A stretch of DNA of 64,000 bases, taken from Thiobacillaceae bacterium (GTDB lineage: Bacteria > Pseudomonadota > Gammaproteobacteria > Burkholderiales > Thiobacillaceae). The translations under genes were made by a program, and so were the position numbers. The stretch is from the NCBI GenBank assembly GCA_041640815.1, contig JBEPZO010000003.1, forward strand, positions 21 to 64,020. Reading direction: 5' to 3'. Of this stretch, positions 32,947-40,579 are shown piece after piece. The notes under the pieces were generated by a model that did not search any database, was not told the origin of the DNA, and worked only from the letters and a program-made list of their open reading frames with translations. Numbering within the stretch: the first letter of the stretch is position 1; every line of letters begins with the position of its first letter.

Positions 32947-33401
32947 CAATGCCTGCCGTGGAGGATGCCGACCGCCCAGGCGAGGACCGGCTTGAGGCGC
33001 GGCGGCAGCAGCCGCGCTGCCTCGTTGACGTTGACCCATCGCCACTCGTGGTGCTCAGGCCGGCCGAGCGCTGGGGAGACGGGTAGCCGGATGCTCACCT
33101 GATCCGTTGTGGCCAGGTAGTAGCGGGCGATCTTGTGACGCGCGCCATAGGGGCCGACGTCGATCGAGACCTCGCCCCAAGGAAAGTGGAGATCGGTCAG
33201 CCCCGCCTCCTCCGCCGTCTCGCGTAGCGCCGCGGCAAACGGTGTTTCGCCCGGCTCGAGCTGGCCCTTGGGGAAGTCCCAGTTGCGCCAGGCGCGCAGC
33301 AGGAGCAGGCGCCAGCCGCTGCCGACCCGGCGGACGACCACACAGCCAGCGGAGGTGGGCAGGGAAGCGTCTGTCGGCATGTCGGTTATCATAGCGGTCA
33401 T
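32946..33401 (-). CDS. NUDIX hydrolase
   Basis: Nudix box GQLEPGETPFAAALRETAEEAGL. Start uncertain (ATGs at 33401, 33392 or 33380). Confidence 0.75.
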   Translation of the reverse strand: MTAMITDMPTDASLPTSAGCVVVRRVGSGWRLLLLRAWRNWDFPKGQLEPGETPFAAALRETAEEAGLTDLHFPWGEVSIDVGPYGARHKIARYYLATTDQVSIRLPVSPALGRPEHHEWRWVNVNEAARLLPPRLKPVLAWAVGILHGRH

Positions 33402-33990
33402 GGACGCGGAAAAATCACGCGCGTGGGACGAGAAATACCACACCGGTACGCCCGGCTGGGACCGTGGCAGCGTCAGTCCCGCCCTGCTGCACTGGCTGAG
33501 CGCAGGTATGCTCACGCCCTGCCGCATCCTCATTCCCGGTTGTGGTCATGGCCACGAGGTGGTGGAGCTTGCCCGGCGCGGCTTTGCCGTCTGCGCCGTC
33601 GACATCGCCCCGACGCCGCTGGCGCGCCTCGATCGCAGGCTCGGCGAGGAAGGGCTCGAAGCGCAGCTGATTCAGGCCGATGTGCTACATTGGCAGAGCG
33701 CAGCCCCTTTCGACGCCATCTACGAGCAGACCTGTCTGTGTGCCCTACCGCCGCAGGAGTGGCCCGCCTACGAGGCCCAGTTGCATGGGTGGTTGCGGCC
33801 CGGCGGCCGGCTCTTTGCCCTGTTCATGCAGACAGGTCGGCCGGGTGGGCCGCCCTGGCATTGCGAGTTGGGTGAGATGCGCGCCCTGTTCCCAGCCGAG
33901 CGTTGGCATTGGGTGGAGCCGCCGCAGCGCGAGATCCCCCACCCCAACGGGCTGTTCGAGTACGCAGCGGTCCTCGAGCGGCACCGGTGA
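33400..33990 (+). CDS. Thiopurine S-methyltransferase (TPMT/Tmt) family SAM-dependent methyltransferase
   Basis: W...Y..G.PGWD.G..SP.L..W......RILIPGCGHGHEV..LA.RGF.V.AVDI.P motifs. An alternative ATG lies at 33379. Confidence 0.75.
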   Translation: MDAEKSRAWDEKYHTGTPGWDRGSVSPALLHWLSAGMLTPCRILIPGCGHGHEVVELARRGFAVCAVDIAPTPLARLDRRLGEEGLEAQLIQADVLHWQSAAPFDAIYEQTCLCALPPQEWPAYEAQLHGWLRPGGRLFALFMQTGRPGGPPWHCELGEMRALFPAERWHWVEPPQREIPHPNGLFEYAAVLERHR

Positions 33991-34058
33991 GGCGGGATGG
34001 TTGAGGCTGGTGAGGCCACGGCTCGACCGCTTCGACCCCCCCGTAGCGCTACGCCCAC

Positions 34059-34556
34059 CTATTGGGCCAGGTCGAGGTCCATCTGGATGGCCTCCAGCCC
34101 CTTGCGCGCGCAGGCCTCGTCCTGGGCGCCACTCGGTGCGCCCGACACGCCGATGGCGCCGATGATATTGCCCGCGGCCTCGATCGGCAGCCCGCCGGCG
34201 GAAAACACCAGGCCGTCCACCTTGCCGACGGAGAAGGGCTTGGTGAAGCGGTCCTCCAGCTCGGACAGGGGGGCATTGAAGTTCACCGCGGTGTAGGCCT
34301 TCTGCCGGCTCACTTCCAAGGTGACGGGCGGGGCGAGGGTGTCACGCAGCACCGCCATCGGCAGTCCGCCGCGATCCACCACGGTCACGCCGACCTGGAT
34401 GCCTTCCTTGCGGCAGGCCATGACGGCGGCATGCGCCACCTTTTCGGCAGCCTCCATGGTCAGGCGCGGGATGCGCACGATGACGGAGGTATCGGCCAGG
34501 GCTGGCACGGCAACGGTGACGAGCAGGCTGGCGGCAAGGAACTTGTCTAGCGGCAT
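34059..34556 (-). CDS. GlcG/HbpS-family (DUF336) heme-binding protein, secreted
   Basis: Signal peptide followed by ..VTVVDRGG......D.......S..KA.TA..F......GG.PI...G..IGAIGVSGAPSG..DE.CA. Confidence 0.8.
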   Translation of the reverse strand: MPLDKFLAASLLVTVAVPALADTSVIVRIPRLTMEAAEKVAHAAVMACRKEGIQVGVTVVDRGGLPMAVLRDTLAPPVTLEVSRQKAYTAVNFNAPLSELEDRFTKPFSVGKVDGLVFSAGGLPIEAAGNIIGAIGVSGAPSGAQDEACARKGLEAIQMDLDLAQ

Positions 34557-34684
34557 GGTCTTCCTCCTTCTTCAGGCAACAGTTGGTGTTCGGGGATGGG
34601 CCCCCTGAATTGGGCGAACAAGGCGCTGAACCAGCTCCCCTGATAGCCGGCAGCGCTTTGCCGATGGTATGCCGGCAACTGCCA

Positions 34685-34976
34685 TTAGGCTAGGCCCGGC
34701 CGCGCGTGATGGGCGCCGTGCAGGTTGAGATTCAGGATCAGGCGCGCCCCAGGTCGGCAGGGCCAGATTGCGAGCATATTTGGTGTCCCCAAGCGGCGTG
34801 CCGTAATGGAAGGCGTTGTCCACGACGCTGATGAGGAAGGCCCGCCCCAGCATACAGGCCTGCTCGCCATAAAGGGTGAAGGCAAGCCCATAGAGCAGGA
34901 CGACAAGCCAACCATCTTGGCGCACGGCGCGCAACGTTGCCGGCAACAACAGTTTGTCGGTGAGGGCCTGCACCAC
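34685..34976 (-). pseudogene. Frameshifted C-terminal remnant of a fatty-acid-desaturase-family membrane protein
   Basis: One frame reads ..LLYGLAFTLYGEQACMLGRAFLISVVDNAFHYGTPLGDTKYARNLALPTWGA. A second frame continues ..ARLILNLNLHGAHHARPGLA* (last His box HxxHH). The N-terminal two-thirds, including the other His boxes, are absent. Confidence 0.35.
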
Positions 34977-35119
34977 GTTGTGCTCGCTCGCAAGGCGACG
35001 TGCAAGCCACTTTCGATCAATTTGTCATGTCATCGGAGCAGTCGTGCAGCTCTCTTTGTTGCTCCCTGTGAGGTGATATTGTATGCTGCTCTTGCGGATG
35101 GCCAACCCGCACACAGACT

Positions 35120-35140
35120 TTTGAGGAGAATTTGAGGAGA
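35120..35140 (+). repeat. Tandem duplication of the Shine-Dalgarno region in front of soxX
   Basis: TTTGAGGAGA-a-TTTGAGGAGA (35120-35129 and 35131-35140). The ATG is at 35146. Confidence 0.6.
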
Positions 35141-35145
35141 CAACT

Positions 35146-35679
35146 ATGCGTAAATACTTGCTTGCTGTGGCCACTGGCCTAATGGCCAGCGCGCAGTGCC
35201 AAGCCGCTGAGCCGGTACCGTCAAATATTCTGTATGACGCGACTAGAACAAATAAAACCATCTGGCCACTTCCGGTGAAAAACAGCGGCGAACTCATATA
35301 CAACGAGCATCGTCAGGATTTATCTAGATGGCCTAGCCTGAGCTACGAGGATAAGCGGCCTACACGCAGACCAGAGAAAGTCGATCTGCAAGGCCCGCAT
35401 AACGGCAATGCTGAAAATGGCAAGAAAATCGCCATGAATACTCAGCGCGGTAACTGCTGGGCTTGTCACATTTTGCCAGGTGATACACAAGGTGGAACTG
35501 GCGGGCCACCGCTGTTGAATGTCGGTGCCTGGGGTTACAGCGACGCGTATTTGTATCAGCAGATATATGACCGACGCGTGGCAAATCCCGACACTGTCAT
35601 GCCGCCTTATGGAACGAATGGCGTTTTGAGCGACCAGGATATTCGTGATATCGTTGCCTATCTGCAATCATTGAAATAA
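35146..35679 (+). CDS. soxX: Sulfur-oxidation c-type cytochrome SoxX
   Basis: Signal peptide, GNCWACH heme motif, ..MPPYG.NG.LS.QDI.D.VAYL. Directly followed by soxA. Confidence 0.8.
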   Translation: MRKYLLAVATGLMASAQCQAAEPVPSNILYDATRTNKTIWPLPVKNSGELIYNEHRQDLSRWPSLSYEDKRPTRRPEKVDLQGPHNGNAENGKKIAMNTQRGNCWACHILPGDTQGGTGGPPLLNVGAWGYSDAYLYQQIYDRRVANPDTVMPPYGTNGVLSDQDIRDIVAYLQSLK

Positions 35680-35693
35680 GTATGGAGCGAGAC

Positions 35694-36587
35694 ATGAAAG
35701 TTACTACCTTGGTTTGCGCCGTCAGTGCACTGTCAGTTATCACAGTGGCGACCGCCCAGAATACCGGTGAACCATACCGGGAGTACACCCATTATATCGA
35801 TTATGGGAAAAATCCGAAGGCCAGCGATGATATCAGGCATACCGGTACCTGGAAATATTGGAAAGACCGTGCGAAACTTGATCCAAAAAGAGTTAACAGC
35901 GCCGACGAGCAGTGGACAACCAATTGGAAGTTCATGGATCCACCCTATAACGATACTTTGCATGGCGGCCACGAAGCTTTGGAGCGCGGCGAAGAGTTAT
36001 TCAAGCAACTAAATGCAAAAGGAACGTTTGCCGCATGCCTAGGTGCAAAAAATGGGAATTTGAAAGGTTTGCGCTTACAATATCCAAAATATCGCGAAGA
36101 CATGCAAAGAGTCATAGGACTGGAGGCCGCGATCGAGTACTGTGCCGCCAAGGAAGGTATGAAGCTAGAGAATGGCAGCTACGACAATAGCTCCGTGTCT
36201 GTTTATATTGCCTCGTTCAGCAACGGCATGCCTATTAGTATCGATGTGACCAAGGGGCCATTGAAAGAGGCTTTCGAGCGGGGTAAGAAGCTGTTTCACA
36301 CTAAAGCAGGGTGGGTGAATTTCTCATGTGCTACTTGCCATGTCTCATTAGTAGGCAAGCGACTGCGTGGACAAATACCTACTACTCATTACGGTGACGT
36401 TGCCCACTGGCCTACTTACAGGACGAAAGATGAATTACAGTCATTGCATGTCCGCTTTACTGAATGCAATCGGAATTCCGGAGTACAACCGCTTAAGGTA
36501 GGAAGTCAGGAATACACCGACATCGAGGTGTTTTTGACGGCGCTCAGCAACGGTTACCCCGTGGCCGTACCAAGTGCTCGCGACTGA
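35694..36587 (+). CDS. soxA: Sulfur-oxidation c-type cytochrome SoxA, monoheme type
   Basis: Signal peptide, a single CATCH heme motif, and a conserved distal Cys context (RFTECNRNSG). The N-terminal heme motif is replaced by AACLGAK. Confidence 0.8.
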   Translation: MKVTTLVCAVSALSVITVATAQNTGEPYREYTHYIDYGKNPKASDDIRHTGTWKYWKDRAKLDPKRVNSADEQWTTNWKFMDPPYNDTLHGGHEALERGEELFKQLNAKGTFAACLGAKNGNLKGLRLQYPKYREDMQRVIGLEAAIEYCAAKEGMKLENGSYDNSSVSVYIASFSNGMPISIDVTKGPLKEAFERGKKLFHTKAGWVNFSCATCHVSLVGKRLRGQIPTTHYGDVAHWPTYRTKDELQSLHVRFTECNRNSGVQPLKVGSQEYTDIEVFLTALSNGYPVAVPSARD

Positions 36588-36593
36588 CCAACA

Positions 36594-36640
36594 GGGCCGC
36601 GTGGGTATGCCACGCGGCCCGGAAGTTAATTTTTCTTTTT
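36594..36640 (+). terminator. Rho-independent terminator after soxA
   Basis: GGGCCGCGTGG-gtatg-CCACGCGGCCC perfect 11-bp stem, followed by a T-rich tail (..TTAATTTTTCTTTTT). Confidence 0.7.
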
Positions 36641-36799
36641 CGCGCCACAGCTGACCGTTTGTCAAGTCTTGCGGTAAATCGAACCGCAAACCGGGCCATA
36701 CAGCCGCTCACGGCTTTCTTCAACGCACCTTAACTATGTCGAGAATGTCGTAGGGCCACACCAACTGAAATGAGTGCCGGATACGGTGTTTTAGGCGCC

Positions 36800-37618
36800 C
36801 TAGCGCCTTTGTGGGTCTTCTGAGGCTACGAGCTGCTTAATCACACGCGCGGCGGCCAGTAAGCCGAAGGTCGCCGTTACGCACACCGATGAGCCATAGC
36901 CGGCGCAGTTGAGGCCGTGGATACGGCCATCCGCCGGGCGTTCGTAACAGACACCACCCTCCCCCCGGGGATAGCGCAAGGGTTCGGTAGAGTAGACGCA
37001 CTCGACACCGAAGCGGCGTCCCGCTTCGCGCGGGAAGCCGTGCCGACGGCGCAGGTTGGCGCGCAGCTTGGCGAGCAGCGGGTCGCCGCTGGTCAAGGCC
37101 AGATCGCTGACCCTCACCTGGGCGGGGTCGGTGCGTCCGCCCGCGCCGCCGACACAAGTCAGCGACAGGCGCGCGCGCAGACAGTACACCACCAGGGCGG
37201 TCTTGGCGCGCGCATTGTCGATGGCGTCGACGACATGGTCGTAACCGCCGGCGAGCAATGCGGCCACGTTGGCCTCGGTGAGGAATTCTTCCACACAGTT
37301 CAGACGGCAACCCGGATGAATCTGCTGGATGCGTGCGGCCATCGCCTGGACCTTGGCCATGCCCAGGGTGACATCGAGGGCATGCACCTGGCGGTTGATG
37401 TTCGACTCCGCCACATGATCCGGGTCGATCAGGGTCAGGGCGCCGATGCCACTGCGGGCTAGGGCCTCAGCCACCCAGGAGCCGACGCCGCCGATGCCGA
37501 TCACGCACACCTTGGCGCGCGCCAGCCGCTCCAAGGCCCCGCTGCCATAGAGGCGACGCACGCCGGCGAAACGGCGTTCCATGTCGAGGGTAGGCGGGCT
37601 GGGATAGAGGTCGCTCAT
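36800..37618 (-). CDS. tcdA: tRNA cyclic N6-threonylcarbamoyladenosine(37) synthase (ThiF/HesA family)
   Basis: RF.G..RLYG...LERL....V.VIGIGGVGSW.AEALARSGIG.LTLID.D.V..SN.NRQ. 272 aa. Confidence 0.8.
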   Translation of the reverse strand: MSDLYPSPPTLDMERRFAGVRRLYGSGALERLARAKVCVIGIGGVGSWVAEALARSGIGALTLIDPDHVAESNINRQVHALDVTLGMAKVQAMAARIQQIHPGCRLNCVEEFLTEANVAALLAGGYDHVVDAIDNARAKTALVVYCLRARLSLTCVGGAGGRTDPAQVRVSDLALTSGDPLLAKLRANLRRRHGFPREAGRRFGVECVYSTEPLRYPRGEGGVCYERPADGRIHGLNCAGYGSSVCVTATFGLLAAARVIKQLVASEDPQRR

Positions 37619-37848
37619 GCGCGGCTAGGCAAAAAGCGGGCTGCTCATATGGTGCAGCCCCTGCCAGCGGGCGTCCATAGGCCATGTCTTGAGCGGAGGG
37701 AGGGCAAGGGAAATGCGCATGAGCCGGCCATGGCTTAAGTGCAGAAAACGGCGGCAGTAGGCGAAAGAGCGCCTGCGTGGCATCATGCGGCACCGATGGC
37801 TAGCGTGCCTGTCCAACTCTGCAACGCCTGCCTGCATCACCTTCGAGC

Positions 37849-39156
37849 ATGAACCACACCGTCCACCGCCGCCGCTGGCGCGCACTGCTGCTCAGCCTGC
37901 CAAGCGGCCTGTTGGCCATTGCCAGCGCGCCGCTACACGCGCAGGCGACACTCGACCCATTCGCCGTATGGCTACAGGAGGTGCGCAAAGAGGCCCTGGC
38001 GCGCGGCATCAGCCCTGCGACCCTCGATCGGGTGCTGACTGGACTCACCCCCATCCCGAGCGTGCAGGAACTCGATCGCCGGCAACCGGAATTCGTCGAG
38101 ACCTTTCTCGATTATCTCGAGCGTCGCGTCACCCCTGCCCGCATCGAGGAAGGACGCAAGCAGCTCCAACAGCAGCAGGCCCTGCTGGCCGAGATCCACA
38201 GCCGCTATGGCATCCCCCCCCAGATCCTGGTCGCCTTATGGGGGCTTGAGACGAATTACGGCGCCCACCTGGGCGATTTCCCGGTGCCTGCCGCCCTGGC
38301 CACCCTGGCCTACGACGCGCGACGCAGCCAGTTCTTCCGCGAGCAGCTCTTCAGTGCCTTAAGCATCCTGGATGCCGGTCACGTCCTACCCGAGGCGATG
38401 AAGGGCTCCTGGGCCGGAGCGATGGGGCATCTGCAATTTATGCCCACCACCTTTGTCGCTTACGCGGTAGATGCCGACGGCGACGGTCGCAAGGACCTCT
38501 GGCGCTCACTGCCAGATGCCTTCGCCTCGGCCGCCAACTACTTGAGGCGCCTGGGCTGGCGCGGTGAGGAGCCCTGGGGGCGCGAGGTACGCCTGCCCGC
38601 CGGCTTCGACTGGGAGTTGGCGCAACCCGGCGTGAGCAAGCCGGTCGACGCCTGGTCTGCCCTGGGGGTGACCCAGGCCGACGGCAGTCCTCTGCCGCCC
38701 TCCGATCCCGCAGGCGCCATCGTCGCGCCGCAAGGCCACAAGGGCCCTGTTTTCCTGATCTACCCGAACTTCTACCACCTGCTCTCCTGGAACAGGTCCA
38801 TCCACTACGCACTCGCGGTCGGTCACCTGTCCGACCGTCTGCGTGGCTTGCCGCCGCTGCGTTTGGGCCAGGAGGCGCGGCATGAACGGCTCAGCCGCCG
38901 TGACATCGCCGAACTGCAGCGCCAGCTCACCGCCTTGGGGTTCTCGGCCGGTGAGCCCGACGGGATCGTGGGCGCACGCACGCGGATGGCGCTCCAGGCC
39001 TTCCAGCGCAGCGTCGGCCTGCCGCAAGACGGCTATCCCTCTGCCGAGGTGTTGGCGCGTGTGCGCGAGGTGGCGGTGCAGCGCGGCCTCACTGCAGCGC
39101 GCGTCGACCCGCCGAGCGAGGCGGTCATGACCATAACCCCCGTTAGCGTGCAATGA
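37849..39156 (+). CDS. Lytic murein transglycosylase (MltB family) with C-terminal peptidoglycan-binding domain
   Basis: Signal peptide, ..LWGLETNYG...G......ALATLAYD.RR..F....L..AL.IL..G......GSWAGAMGH.QFMP, and a C-terminal PG_binding_1-like LQ..L..LGF..G..DG..G..T..A...FQ. Confidence 0.85.
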   Translation: MNHTVHRRRWRALLLSLPSGLLAIASAPLHAQATLDPFAVWLQEVRKEALARGISPATLDRVLTGLTPIPSVQELDRRQPEFVETFLDYLERRVTPARIEEGRKQLQQQQALLAEIHSRYGIPPQILVALWGLETNYGAHLGDFPVPAALATLAYDARRSQFFREQLFSALSILDAGHVLPEAMKGSWAGAMGHLQFMPTTFVAYAVDADGDGRKDLWRSLPDAFASAANYLRRLGWRGEEPWGREVRLPAGFDWELAQPGVSKPVDAWSALGVTQADGSPLPPSDPAGAIVAPQGHKGPVFLIYPNFYHLLSWNRSIHYALAVGHLSDRLRGLPPLRLGQEARHERLSRRDIAELQRQLTALGFSAGEPDGIVGARTRMALQAFQRSVGLPQDGYPSAEVLARVREVAVQRGLTAARVDPPSEAVMTITPVSVQ

Positions 39157-39302
39157 GCTTGACGCGAGGGGGCATCGCGCGCATGCTGGCGGACATGCAC
39201 GGCCCCCAGCATCCTCCCGCAAGCGCAGCCCACCGCACACGCGGCGGCCGCTTGCCGTGATGGGGTGGTCAGTGCGTTGCGAACCCTTTATAGCGAGCTG
39301 AC

Positions 39303-39860
39303 ATGCTACCTGCCCTCCCGCACGCTTTAAGCCAGGCAGAGCTCATGCGACTGGATGACTTTCTGCACTCGCCTGCCTGCGGGCGCGACGCCATGGGGCT
39401 ATCCTATGCGCATGGCTTCCTCACGGCCATGGTGAGCGGCCCCGAGCAGCTTGAAACCGGCGAGTGGCTGCGCCTGGTATTTGACGAGCCGGTGTTCGAA
39501 GACGGCGCCCAGGCGCAGGAGGTGCTCGGTCTGGCGCTACGCCTCTACCAAGATATCGAGACCAGACTCGACGCGCCGGGGGGCTTCCAACCGATTCTCC
39601 AACTGTACCGCGACGCGGCTGGACAAGCGCACGTCGATGCCGCCGCGTGGTGCCAGGGTTACCGTGCCGGCATGAGCCTGTGCGCAGAGCAATGGGCAAG
39701 CGGCAGCGCCGGGCGGCTCGGGGCCATGCTCGCCCCCATCGTCACCCTGGCAGGTCAGCCGCCGGCGCTGCTCGGGCCGCGCTACCCCCAGCTCTGCGCC
39801 CAACTGCCACTGGCCGTGCAGGCCATCTACCGCTACTGGCGCGCGCAAGCCTCGACGTGA
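39303..39860 (+). CDS. UPF0149 (YecA/YgfB-like) family protein
   Basis: L...EL..LD.FL.S.......M.....HGFLTA...GPE......W......  N-terminal pattern. No SEC-C motif was seen. Confidence 0.6.
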   Translation: MLPALPHALSQAELMRLDDFLHSPACGRDAMGLSYAHGFLTAMVSGPEQLETGEWLRLVFDEPVFEDGAQAQEVLGLALRLYQDIETRLDAPGGFQPILQLYRDAAGQAHVDAAAWCQGYRAGMSLCAEQWASGSAGRLGAMLAPIVTLAGQPPALLGPRYPQLCAQLPLAVQAIYRYWRAQAST

Positions 39861-39983
39861 TCGCCGGCTCCTGCGCCGCGGCGCGCCCGCCCTCGTCTTG
39901 CCGTGGGCCGTGCAAGGGGCTTGCCAAGCTGGATATGTTGCAACCAGCGCAGGCGACAATTCGCCGACCTGCCGTGCCGGCGC

Positions 39984-40472
39984 TCACTCGTAATGGATGA
40001 ACTCCTCGGCCGGGGTGTCTTCGCCGTAGCGGTCGATGAGACCCTCGAGCTCCTCGTATAGGGTCTCGTCCTCATCCTCGTCGAGCACGCCCTCGCCCAC
40101 GAGATGGGCCACCAGCCCGTCGTCCATGGCCTCGATCACGTCGCCGAGGGTCGGCGGCCGACCCGACTGTTCCATCACCGCCTCGATCACGCGGCTCAAC
40201 GCCTCGCTCGCAGTTGGCCGGATAAAGTCGCTTGCCGGCGCCTCGACGCCGAATTCGTCGATGAGACGATCCAACTCGGAGAGCAGCGTTTCACTCGTCT
40301 CGGGATGCAGGAGGTCGGCATCGTAATGCTCACCCGCCTCGCCGGTGGCCAAGGCTGCGCGCACCGATCCCAGCGTGGCGGGTTCGAGGGCATCTGGATT
40401 GCTGGCATGGGCCTCGAGGATCTGGGCCAGCTCGGGAGAAACGCGACTGGCAACATCGATACTGCGGATCAT
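39984..40472 (-). CDS. Hypothetical, very acidic cytoplasmic protein with an internal duplication
   Basis: Rich in D/E. Repeat 1 is ETLLSELDRLIDEFGVEAPASDFI and repeat 2 is ETLYEELEGLIDRYGEDTPAEEFI. No family recognised. Start at the internal ATG (MIRSID). Confidence 0.5.
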   Translation of the reverse strand: MIRSIDVASRVSPELAQILEAHASNPDALEPATLGSVRAALATGEAGEHYDADLLHPETSETLLSELDRLIDEFGVEAPASDFIRPTASEALSRVIEAVMEQSGRPPTLGDVIEAMDDGLVAHLVGEGVLDEDEDETLYEELEGLIDRYGEDTPAEEFIHYE

Positions 40473-40579
40473 GCTGCATCTCCCTTCTTCATGGGCAAGC
40501 ATCGAGTCTTTACTTTCTTTGTAATCAGCGCCGCGGCGGCGTCAAGTCGTGCGCTCAACTCAGGCCACGGCAACGCCGC

